NCBI GenBank assembly: GCA_050084985.1 | Contig: JBITNC010000001.1 | Span: 138,384,001-138,448,000 of the forward strand | Direction: 5' to 3' | DNA from: Nageia nagi | Taxonomy: Eukaryota; Plantae; Pinophyta | Length of the DNA: 64,000 nucleotides | In this document: positions 1 through 11,100 of the stretch, in pieces | Layout of the letters: every line of letters starts with the position of its first letter | Numbering within the stretch: the first letter of the stretch is position 1 | Notes under the pieces: generated by a model | Told to the model about the DNA's origin: nothing | What the model saw: only the letters and a program-made list of their open reading frames with translations | Databases searched by the model: none | Program-made: the position numbers and the translations under genes

Positions 1-1654
1 TCCACAACACAATTGCACAACACAAGAATGCCAACAATGGGTATACAAAGCAATACAACACAAGTATGAAGCTTCCAACACCAATATATTGTAATGCTTG
101 GAAAATATAATGGTATAACAACAACACAATGCCACAAGGGCCAATGCATGCATAAAATGGAACATAATAATATACAAAACACAATTAAATGCCTGTATGG
201 ATATGAGATACAATGATGAACAATGAAGATACCAAACTAGGTTCCAAACCCTCTATACAGATCCAAACTGTAGGATTAGATTGACTCCCTCAGATATTTG
301 AATCCCCTCCTACAAAGGAGTCTCCTCGACCCTTGGCAACCAATGAAGGTAGAAGTTCATCCTCGGAATCCCATCAGATGGGCTAGGTGACCCACCTAAG
401 CCATAGAATGTCAGGCTTCCAACCCTGCCACTCCTCTAGATGTTGTCTAGGAATAGTTTCTCAACACTACTAAGAATTTGTTGCCCGATTGAGACTGGTA
501 TAGAAAGTGTATGATAAGTGGTACCTCATAATGGGGCCTCATACCCTATATATAGTCTCTCATGTACACGGATCATGCCTCGTTATCACCCCAAGCCATT
601 TTTAATACATTGTTGGGGTCAACAAATCAACCATGCCAACTTGTGGGTCATATTGGCCCAGTATGCCAACGTGGGGGTCATAAAGGATGTCAAGGCTGAT
701 GTGGGGTCCAAATGGCCTTCTAGGCTGATGTGGGGGTCTATAAGGTCTCATGAGCCAACATGGGGTATGTGGAGTCCTCCCAATGATGACATGATCCTCC
801 ATGTACAATGATGCACCGTAAAAAGTTCATAACTTTTGATCCGACCGTCGGATCGTCTTGAAATTTTGAGGAGAGCTAGATATGGGTTTTTATCATGCGG
901 TGGCAACCTCCTATGGGAGGCATGCGTCCAAACGGAAAGTTTTTCGATTGACCTAAATCCATCGTTTAGTGCCTCAAAATTAGCTTTTAGTGTCAGTTTT
1001 CAGGATTTTTCAATAAGTAGACTTTAATATCTTTTGTTGTAAGAGTTTGTTTAAGATAATAAGTGAGAGTTCCTTTAGTCCTTGTTAACTGAGCTTGCAT
1101 GCCCAGTTTGGCCATGATCTGAGGACCTTTCTATTTTTAGAAAGTTTCCATTTGTCTATTTTTGGAAAGTTTCTATTTTTAGTAAGTACGAGTTTTTGGA
1201 TAGTTTGTGATTTTCTGGAAGTGCAAGTTTTCTCTTGGCTATATGAGCTATTGTAATGGACCTGAAAAAAGGCAGTGCAGATTCAGAAGAATAAAATAAA
1301 GTGTGTGTTAAAAAAGGTTATTCTTCCATTGGTTTGCTTGTTGTGTAAATCAATTACTTTTTGGAGATTTATTTGGATCTTCTAAGGGAATCTGCACCAA
1401 TGTACCTCCAACATGCATGACACATGACTAACTTGGGATTTCCACATTCCGGGATCACCCATGAACTACACACAACACATTGGGATTCCCACAATTTGGG
1501 ATAACCCATCACAACACACAACATTACTACTCAAAGGGGAGACATCCCATTACTAGGCTCACAAATGGGGTTCACAGACCATAAGCTCCTGCTTGAGTTA
1601 CACATATACAACATGAACATGAATAAACTCTAGAATACAAAGGGCCATGATACA
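1..1654 (-). mobile_element. Partial LTR of the same family as solo LTR B, interrupted by a solo LTR at 809-1399
   Basis: Shares the ~30-bp gccaacgtggggtc subrepeats and the ggagacatccca...gctcaca module with 10357-21004; ends ...GATACA. Confidence 0.6.
809..1399 (+). mobile_element. Solo LTR (Ty3/gypsy-like)
   Basis: TGATGCA...TGCACCA termini, flanking ATGTAC duplication, cataacttttgatccgaccgtcggatc palindromic motif, AATAAA. Confidence 0.75.
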
Positions 1655-1764
1655 ATTGATCATTGGCTCAGATGAGATGTCACATTCAGTCCTAGGAAGG
1701 GACATCCACCCTCTAGGGACATCCTTAGAGATGGCTTTTAGGATGGCAAGGAAGGTTGAAAGTA

Positions 1765-2257
1765 AAAATATGGCAATAGCTAAAGATTCCACATGGGAAG
1801 ATGAGAATTTTCTACAGAAGCATCCAGAACTACTCAAACATTGAGGACAACATCTTTTTGAAGGAGAGGGGCATGTTAGGTCCCTATAATACTCATGTAG
1901 CCCATATATTATTATTATGTGTCCCATAGAAGCCACTATGGTTATTGTTATTCCCTTACATTATTATTGTTATGTCGGCTAGACATTATTATTGTTATGT
2001 CGGCTAGTGTCCTTTCATTGTAGTGGCACCCCTTGGACTCCTATATATACTAAGGAGGTATTATCATTTGTATTGTCTATTATTGTGCAGTTGATGTGAT
2101 GTAAAGGAGGTTGCCCCCTCGAAGTGGCTTATTACAGATTGTGATGTAAAGGAGGTTGCCCCCTCGAAGTGGCTTATTATAGATTTTATCTCTTATTCAA
2201 GACATTGAGCTCTTTCTCTCATGATTTTATGCTATTTTGGGAACTTTGTTCATAACA
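1765..2257 (+). mobile_element. 3' fragment of a chromovirus: chromodomain end, PPT and 3' LTR (1874-2257)
   Basis: KDSTWEDENFLQKHPELLK; PPT gaaggagaggggca; TGTTA...TAACA; internal 44-bp tandem duplication near 2095-2184. Confidence 0.75.
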
Positions 2258-3173
2258 TCAAGAGTGAAAAGATGCTCCAAATGATGAAAACTCTCCTTCA
2301 AGATTGGACGTCACACTGCTAGGGCCTCAAACCTTTGGATCTAAATTTAAACTGAAACATCCACAACCCCAAAGGATGGACACACCACTAAAGGACCTCC
2401 AATTGCTAGATCTGTAACACTAAAAAACTTGTGAATCATTTGATGGATCCACTCTTGAAAACACAAGGGTTATCATCCTTGGTCCTTTACTTCTTAAAGG
2501 TTTTTTTCCTCAAGAAGTCTCCTTTTTACAAGTTTTCATCCATAAGAAGGCTAGAGAAGCGACAATTCACTTACTCAAGAGATAGAAGATGATAGTAGAC
2601 AAATATTATCTCAAAGTGGTGCTCTCCTTCCACAAATAGTTGGACATCCCATTTTGGGGTCTAGATCTCACATAGAAATTATGCAAAACTGGGCATCCCA
2701 CATTGTGTTAACAAATGGCACTTGGAATTACAATTTTCTCATCTCAAGATCCCAAATGACCCAAGAAACCTACACAATATTTTTTAACTTCTAGACACTA
2801 TAAAATAAACTCACAATCCCCTAGAAGAGGGGCATATCACTTCAAGTGGCCCATTGGGCACATTACAATGCAATAAGTGAGTGAGGTGGGACAACTACAT
2901 GACTCCTAGATACTCCAAAACACTCATAAATACAATAAATCAATTGTATGCATCCCTAGGAGAGGGATGCCCCACATTTAGTGGTCAAATAAGACATAAC
3001 AAAGGAAGAGAGTGGAGTGCTCCATGTATGCACAATTGGACGGCCTTCCATTAGTCTTTTGGCTTCTCCTTGGGCCCCACAAATCACTAAAGATGCTTTG
3101 ACATTTTTTAGATCACTCCTAAAATGCCAAAATTTATCCAGATCACACCTCATCTAAGATATGGGATGCACCA
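2258..3173. mobile_element. Degraded LTR-like sequence (probably continues 1655-1764)
   Basis: Non-coding, LTR-like composition, ends ...ATGCACCA; other terminus not visible. Confidence 0.4.
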
Positions 3174-3185
3174 ATCAATTAAACT

Positions 3186-3974
3186 TTATTTATGAAATGG
3201 GTATAAAAATGAGGATATTACAAGTCCGTCCCACTCAAAATTGATTGCCCATAAGCAATACCAAACCAAATGTGCAACTCCATCAATAGCAACAAGATTT
3301 TCAAGGATGTATCTATCAGCATGTTGAGATATTGTCTTCCAAGTATCCTTTGGTGCCAAGAAAACATCAAGATCCATACATAATGCAAGAAAAATCTGAA
3401 ACTGTCCATCAACATACAAATGCAACACCCAATCATTGTCATCTTTCATGTCTCGTAAATAAGCATACATGAAATCTATTAGCTCGAACATGTGCATATC
3501 AGTCCCAAACCATGTGAAAAACACAACCATCATCATCATGATAGCACCAAACTGCATGTTTGCAATCCTAAACGTCCTCTCAAGCATCATAATTGCAGAG
3601 CTAAGCATCATCAGGTCTGAAACTCCAAATGCTACAATAAATGCAGCCCAAATCAACACAAATGCACTCTCAAACAACATGTAACATGCAGTCATATCAG
3701 CCCTTTTCTTCGTGAGGAACAAAAATGTAACAGTCCCAAACATCAGAAATGCAGCCTTTAAGATCATCAGGTCTACTGCCCCAAATGCACAAATAAGTGC
3801 AGTCCCTATCCAACTAAATGCAGCAGTCATTAAGAACACAGATTTGATGCGCAACACAGCCTCCATTCTCTCCAACATAGCTCTAAACACCATTGGATGC
3901 ATCTTGACAAGTGCAGCCCACAATGATATTAATAAGACTGCACTTAGCATTACCCAAAATGCAGCCCAAATCAT
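3186..3974 (-). other. 262-aa hydrophobic repetitive ORF of unknown origin
   Basis: Longest ORF in the window not assignable to a TE protein; built from degenerate aaatgcagcc/atcatcag units; no recognised domain. Confidence 0.35.
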
Positions 3975-3989
3975 GAGCTAGACGATGAT

Positions 3990-4210
3990 GCTTTTTGTAT
4001 CTGAGAGCAGGACTGATTTTGGCATGCAGAGGACATCAGCAGATAGCAATGCTCCTGTTACAGCCTATGGCCGACACCTACTTCACCTTGCTGAGTCACA
4101 TGGACTCTTCATTCTTAATGGGATCTCATGCTTTCCTAACTCCAGTGGATTCACATGTTTTCCCCACAATGGAGGAGCAAGTGTAGTGGACTATGTCTTA
4201 GCTAATGCTA
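3990..4210 (+). mobile_element. Non-LTR retrotransposon (LINE) APE endonuclease fragment
   Basis: YGRHLLHLAESHGLFILNG...FTCFPHNGGASVVDYVL matches the C-terminal APE FT...SxxDY motif. Confidence 0.7.
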
Positions 4211-4584
4211 AAAATGATCAACAATATTGAGAATGTTTCATCTTTAAGCATTCTTATGAGTCAAGGGGGTTTCAGTTCTTCACTTCATTGCTACATTCTT
4301 ATCATTCTTCAGTTTTACTAGTTTTGGATGACAAAAGAGTGTCAAGATGTTGCAGTTTGTCATTTGTGAGTATTGATCAAGCAAGGACATTCATCCCTAG
4401 ATAGTCTCCCATGAACATAGCCAGATATTGTATCATCTCTATTTGGATGATTTATTGCAATACTACTTTTAGTCGTTTTGGAATGCAACATGCATATATT
4501 TTATCTTATTAGCTTAGCTGTTTTTAATTGTAACTTTTTAACTTAATTGTTTTTGGTTTTTGACCTCCTTCAGACATTCCTAAC

Positions 4585-4586
<2 letters not shown>

Positions 4587-4670
<84 letters not shown>
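4587..4670. repeat. Compound microsatellite (AT)n(GT)n
   Basis: Direct reading. Confidence 0.97.
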
Positions 4671-4828
4671 ATTATGTATGCAGTTGACCGGTTGCCTATC
4701 TTGTTACATATAAGATGTTTTTCAATGGTGAATTGATTTTTCCTGTTGACTCCTAAAAATGAGACTGAACATTCTCGTATGACTTTATTTATAGGAATCA
4801 ATTTTCATTAATCCTTGCTCTATTGCAG

Positions 4829-5156
4829 AACTTGTTTATGCAAAACATGGGAGCTTTTATACCTGTGCGCAGCAGCCATTTGCCCTGCAACTGAAATTGT
4901 TTCGAGTTTTGTAGAATATATTCATAAGGTTGTCAAAGAATTGGAAAATGATTCTGAAATGAAGACACTGGTCTTGACTGCATTGAAGTCTCTTGAGGCA
5001 TCTATGAAAAATGGTCCAAGGATGTCAACCCCATCTTCTGAAGAGTTAGAAGCTGTTCTGGCTGGAAGGAAGCTAAAAGAAATGGTTTTCTTTCTGGATG
5101 AAACATATGAAGATATCATGTATGATATAACCACCACTGTTGCAGAAGCTATGAAG
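4829..5156 (+). CDS. KCBP: KCBP exon (MyTH4 C-terminal half / FERM start)
   Basis: ttgcag|A acceptor, AAG|gtat donor; [19 protein letters not shown]...[24 protein letters not shown]. Confidence 0.92.
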
Positions 5157-8100
5157 GTATGGAAATACCTCCCCTGAATATATGCACGAGTCTCTCTATA
5201 TGGACCAAAAATTAGTTACAACAGGCATGAACGTTACCTCTGATCTGATTAAGTGTCAAAAATACATATCCAACAAAAAGCTATAACCAAAAATACGTAC
5301 ATAGATACTGTTATATGGAGAGGAATGTATGTGAAAAGTCTGATCCAATATCTCAAGCTGCTTTATTTGGTTGCAGGAACTTTCTTGCACCGTCAACCTA
5401 TCTTCTTATAACACTTTTGGTCTATTTAAATACGTGAAAACGGAAAGGACTGCAAAAGGTGGTGATATTGGAGGTGGTAAGTTTGTGGCCTAGAGACTGG
5501 GTTTTGCTTTCCCACTTTAGTTTCTTGTAACACCTTTCTTGGTAGATTTGTACCCATGTAGAAGTATACAAGTTTGTTCTCTATAGGCATCCATTTTGAT
5601 GCTAACTGCTTATAATCAGAAGAATATATTAGTTTGGATGAGATGAAGTATGTGGGAGATGTCCTGGATGAAATTAAAGCGTGTAACAATGCTGAAAACC
5701 TCCAGTCGAAGTTGGTCTTCAAAAAACGCATATTTCAGGATTCTGATGATTCAATTATAGATCCTATATTTGTGAAACTTTCATACATCCAGGCAAGTAC
5801 ATGGTACTTTAGATTCTTTTGATGAGAAGAGATAAACATTTTATTTTCTTTTAATGTTTTGAGCTTTTATTATACTATAATCTTATTATTTTTGAATTCT
5901 TCAGTTTTATATTCATTGAAAATGATGGTGATGCTTATTGGCATGGTTATGATTTTACTGTAGTCACAACATGATTACCTGATTGGTAATTATCCTGTTG
6001 GAAGAGATGAAGGAGTGCAACTAGCAGCACTCCAAATTTTGGCTAAAATTGGTCATGTTGACAACCTTGAATCGTCCCGGTAAGTTATTTATTTAATAAT
6101 TCCATAAAAGATAAGAAGAAATATTATCTCAACCAGAAGATTAGGGTTACTGCATTTTCTTGGTTTAGAGGAGTTATTGTGTAATTTGTATGAATTTTCT
6201 AAAACATTTTTTTAGAGTTTTTGTAGAAATTGTATGTATTCTAAGTGGTATGTAGTGCTATTCATGACCTAAACAATTATACATATATTGTTTATCAGAA
6301 AATAAAAAATGTTATCTGATGTATGAGTTCTTGCAGTCATACCAATTTTTCCAGTTAAACCCTTTTGAATTTCAACAATGAGTAAATGATTTAAACGATA
6401 TTTGAGCCAAGTTGCTTATATTTGGATGTAGAAAATGTTAAAAATTCTGTTAGGTATAAACAAGCATTCTTGTTGCTGATTTGTTTAATTGCTTGTAGAG
6501 ATTTTCCTGCGTTAGTTTTACAGAACCTTCCCAGGCAGTTGGCATCTTCAAGGTCCACAAAGGAGTGGGTAGCAGATGTTATAGCACATTATTATACATT
6601 CGTATGTTCCACAGTAATCAAAGCCATTTTATTGTTATTCAGTAGACAGCATCATCAGTGAAAGATATCATATATACTTTGAATATTAGCAATTTGAGGA
6701 TATATGGAGCTTTCTTGTTAGAATTGTGGTGCATAAGTCCTTTGTGAAGTATAATTTATATTTTAATATCTTATATCTCAGGCACATTTATCCAAAGATG
6801 AAGCTAGGAAGAAAGTATTGTGTATTTTTCGTGACTTGCCCTATGGAAGTTCTATATTTTATAGCGTGAAGAAATTGTGTGACCCAATTGGATTATTGCC
6901 AGGAAGAATCATTCTTGGAATCAATAAAAGAGGGGTTAGTATTCTTACTTCATTGTTCACTTTATCTTTTGGAAATCAATTAGGAATAATATGACTACTT
7001 TAAGTTGTTCCATCCAACATCTTTAGAAAAGAGAATAATCAAAGAAAATCATCAATATCTTGCTGCTTGGTTTGGGAGGCAAACTCCAAAAAAAAAAAAT
7101 TATCCTTTCATGAAATACTATGATTGTAATATTCTCTTAAATATTCTTATAACCGTTTTTCTACAAGGAAAACAAAATGTTGAGGATGTTATGGCTGCCA
7201 TGTTTTATGCATTCGCTATTTCTTTTAATGTAGTAAAAAGTCTTTATTATAACAATGCTTTCAAAACCTTGCGGAGTTTGGTAAAGGATATGCAATTCTT
7301 CGATATAGATCATTTAGGAGTATTCTTCTCCAAAGATTAAACAAAAAGGGTAATTGATACAATATCTTTAACCAAAGAATCTTTTAAAAATATAAGTTTT
7401 ATGATTCTGAGTGATGGTTGGTTAAACACATGTCATAGGCCTTTAATTAATGTGTTAGTTTCATGTCCTCAAGGTGTACTATTTATAAGATTCATTGATG
7501 CAATAAATGTAATAAAAAATTAAAGTTATATTTTGAAGATTTTGGAGGAGACAATATTTGAAGTTGGATAAAAAAATATTTTCCAAATTGTAACAAATAA
7601 TGCTATAAATTGTGTGATTGTTGGAAAGATGATCATGGAGAGGTTCGCAACAATTTATTGGACCCCATGTGCTTCTTATTATATTGATTTACTTCTTCAT
7701 GATTTAGCAAAGCTTCCATGGTTTAGTGAGCCAATTAGAATAATTATCAATTTCATGATTAACCATCATCTCACATTGAGCATCTATAAAGAACATGCAT
7801 ACTAGAGAACATGCATGCCACATTTTACATCATTTTGCAAATAGTGTTTGAAAAAAAATCAACTTTAAGAAGTGTTGTTTGTCATGCAGAGTAAGAAAGA
7901 AGTTCTCTTACAAAATCTTCGAGAGGTAAATAGATGGAATCAATAATTTTAGGCAACACTTTTTAGGAGAATTCTATAAAAATTCTAAATTTATGTGATC
8001 CAATAATAAATATGCTAAAAGAAGTTGATAGTGATAAGCCTACTATGGGTTTTGTTTATGTGTTTGAGGTACTGCTGCTAAAGGAGAAGAAGGAAGTAAT

Positions 8101-11100
8101 TGATCAATCCCTCGACAAATCCTACATGCTCTAAAGATGTCTTCTGGTTTGACGTAGTGGCTAAAGGTGCTCCTCTTAGAGTCTCCTACGGTCTCCCTTA
8201 GGGAAAAAAGCTCGAAAGAAGGATGTAATGTATTGATCTCCTGATGGTTGTTGGGATCGAGCTAGAAGACCTATTTGTAGGATAGAGGTCTCTCAAAAAT
8301 AAAGAGCTAAGCAATGTTAATTGGGATATTGGAGGAATGTGGCCAATGAGCTATGAGAGTCCCAAAAGAGGAAATGGTAGTGACCCCATATCTCATAATA
8401 GACCAAACGCTAAAAGACAAAGTGGTCATCTAATTTGGTTTCAAGAGAGCATAGGCGGTAGACTCACAAAGTCCCTAGCTAAGTGATGATTTGTCTCAAC
8501 TCTCAATTAGTGTGAGGATACATGAAACTATTCGAGGGACATCCTCAATCCAAGGGGGAGATGCAAAATGATGTATCTCGATGGAAGAATCAAACCCTCA
8601 TCTAACTGAAGGTAATGCTGTGCATAGTGACCCAACTTGGGTGTCAACAACTGAGGGGGAGAAACCCAAGTGTCTGTATGAAAGCCCTATAGATCACCTC
8701 TTGAATCATTATCAAAGAGTCCCTTGAGGTCCAAGCCAAACCCATCGGTGGTGAAGGCAATCTATCAGGAGAAAACCCAAATCTTAAAAGCATCGTGAAG
8801 ACACCTGAGATATACTAGCTATGGAGGATTACTTGGCTCTTTTGCAACAAAAGAAGATATACTAGCTATAGAACTAGGTGTATGGTGGGATTTTTGCAGT
8901 ATGGAGGCACCTGATGTACAATATTTTGCATATATTGAGCCAATGTTTGAATGTATCAATTGTGAAAGAAATTGGACTAGCTTTGAACAAATTCACTCTA
9001 AGCAGAGGAATAGGTTGTTGTTTGGACAGTTGAGTGACCTTGTCTATATTCACAACTTGCAATTATTGACATGTGATGTAGCTAAAGAATAAGAATTTTT
9101 TTATTCCCCATGATTTGAACCTTTTTCACATGTCCTAGATGATGAGTATGAGGACATTAAACTTGTTTATTAGAGTAATAAGCATGAATCACTTAGTCAT
9201 CCTTTTGCTCTTGATGATATGGAGCTTGATGATGTAAAAAGTGAATATCAAGAAGAAGAACAACAAGAATGAATTCTTGCATTTTCACCTTCTTTTATTT
9301 TGTATTCTTCAATGGAATTATTAATGTTTTTTTTGAGTCTTTGTTTTAGTTTGTTAGTTACTAACTTATATACATAACATTGAAAGGACATATTTGCATT
9401 TATAATATATCGAATTTTAAAATTGAAATTAGTAGCTAATCTTGGACCTTGATGTTACAATTCTACAAGAACTAAAATAGAAATATTGTAGGAACAACCA
9501 TAGATATGATTTTAACATGAAAAGGTAACTAAACTTTTAGAATTAACAAAACATTTATAGATAAGAGAACTCGGAATTGCAAGGGAAAAGCGGAGTTGAA
9601 AGAGCTTTAACTGAATAGCAATAGAATCATAGGCCGCTTCAAGGGGGCTACCTCCTTACAATTTCAAAAGTAAAATGATTTTCCAATTTCCCTCGTTACC
9701 CTTATTACAAATATTTATAGTCCTATTGCCCTAATTTGGAAAATAGGGCCTAACTTTAAAATGAAATTTCAGACTATAAGATGGCATTTTTAGCCTTTGA
9801 TAAATGTCTTACTTATGTAAGACATGAAAACATTGTAGATCTTCAAATTCTATGAAATCTGGAAAAAGAACGGGCTCAAACAAACACTTGAGTCAAAAGT
9901 TATGGAAAAAATAAGGACAAGCAAATAATTAAGTGATCAAACTAACAAAAGCATAAATAAACCTAAGTAAATGTTAGGATGTGGGATCCTAACATGCCAC
10001 CCCTCTTGGAATAATGCTTTGGCGTCAAAGCTTTAACTGGGGAAACTATTGCTGCAGCTAATGAAGTACTTCCCAGGATGCATCTTCAGTTGCCAATCCT
10101 TTCCACTGCATAAGGACTTTGGTGATTGTGCAGTTTTGAAATGGACGAGAATGCTGATCCAAGATTGCCTCAAGTACCATTGCAATTGATCCATCCTCTT
10201 CCAACTTAGGTAGTTGTGTCTAAACTTTCATGTCTGATCTTACCACCTTCTTGAGACACAAGACATGAAACATAGGGTGAATTTTTGAAGAGTCAAGTAA
10301 CTCAAGTTTATATACGGCTGGTCCAATGTGCTGAAGCACTTTGTATGGTTCGTAAATGTGATGATCCAAAATGGACCTCCATTCAAAAACTCCTTTTCAC
10401 ACCCTTCAAACACCGACAATAAGCCTTGAGCACCTCCAAAGCATAATCAAATCCTTAGGATGCCAACTTTAGGACTAATACATTCCCTAAGCACTCACAC
10501 AATGCCAGAATGCTGATGTCTAGCCTCAAGATGCAATATTTCACTAATTAAGCATCACAATATCAACACATGGATAATATAAGTATAATAACTACAATCA
10601 TTCCAATGCATACACCGAACCAATGAGTCAACACAATAAGATATTCGAAAACCCTTAGAATGTATATTGGCAATATGGAGCAATACAAATCATAGAAAGC
10701 CCCTTGGGCAGTCATGGTATTCTCAAGAGCCAAGCCGAACATAATGATAACAATCTGCAATCACTTCAGATCACAGGATAGGTCTATCCCCTCAGATCAC
10801 AAGTCCTCTACATTGAAGGAGCCCTCCTCAATCTTTGGTCAAGCATTTGGATGGTAGGAATAAACCCTCGAGTACCACCGGATAGGCGATGGTGCTCCAC
10901 CAATGCCATAGATAGTCAGGATCCCAATGCCTAGCTACCCTCTTAGGTGCTCCATCTAAGGTATACAATTAGCGCTCCACTAATGTCTTTTCCATTAGAT
11001 GAAGTAGGAGAATAAATGTAATAATGATCAAGTGTGTCCAAATGAGGAGCTCCAAAGTGTATTTATAATCTCCTATAGGAAGAGCTCTTCTTGAAATCAT

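Noticed and set aside
4580-4801. ORF with HTHT/YIYI runs
   Set aside because: Translation of the (AT)n(GT)n microsatellite.
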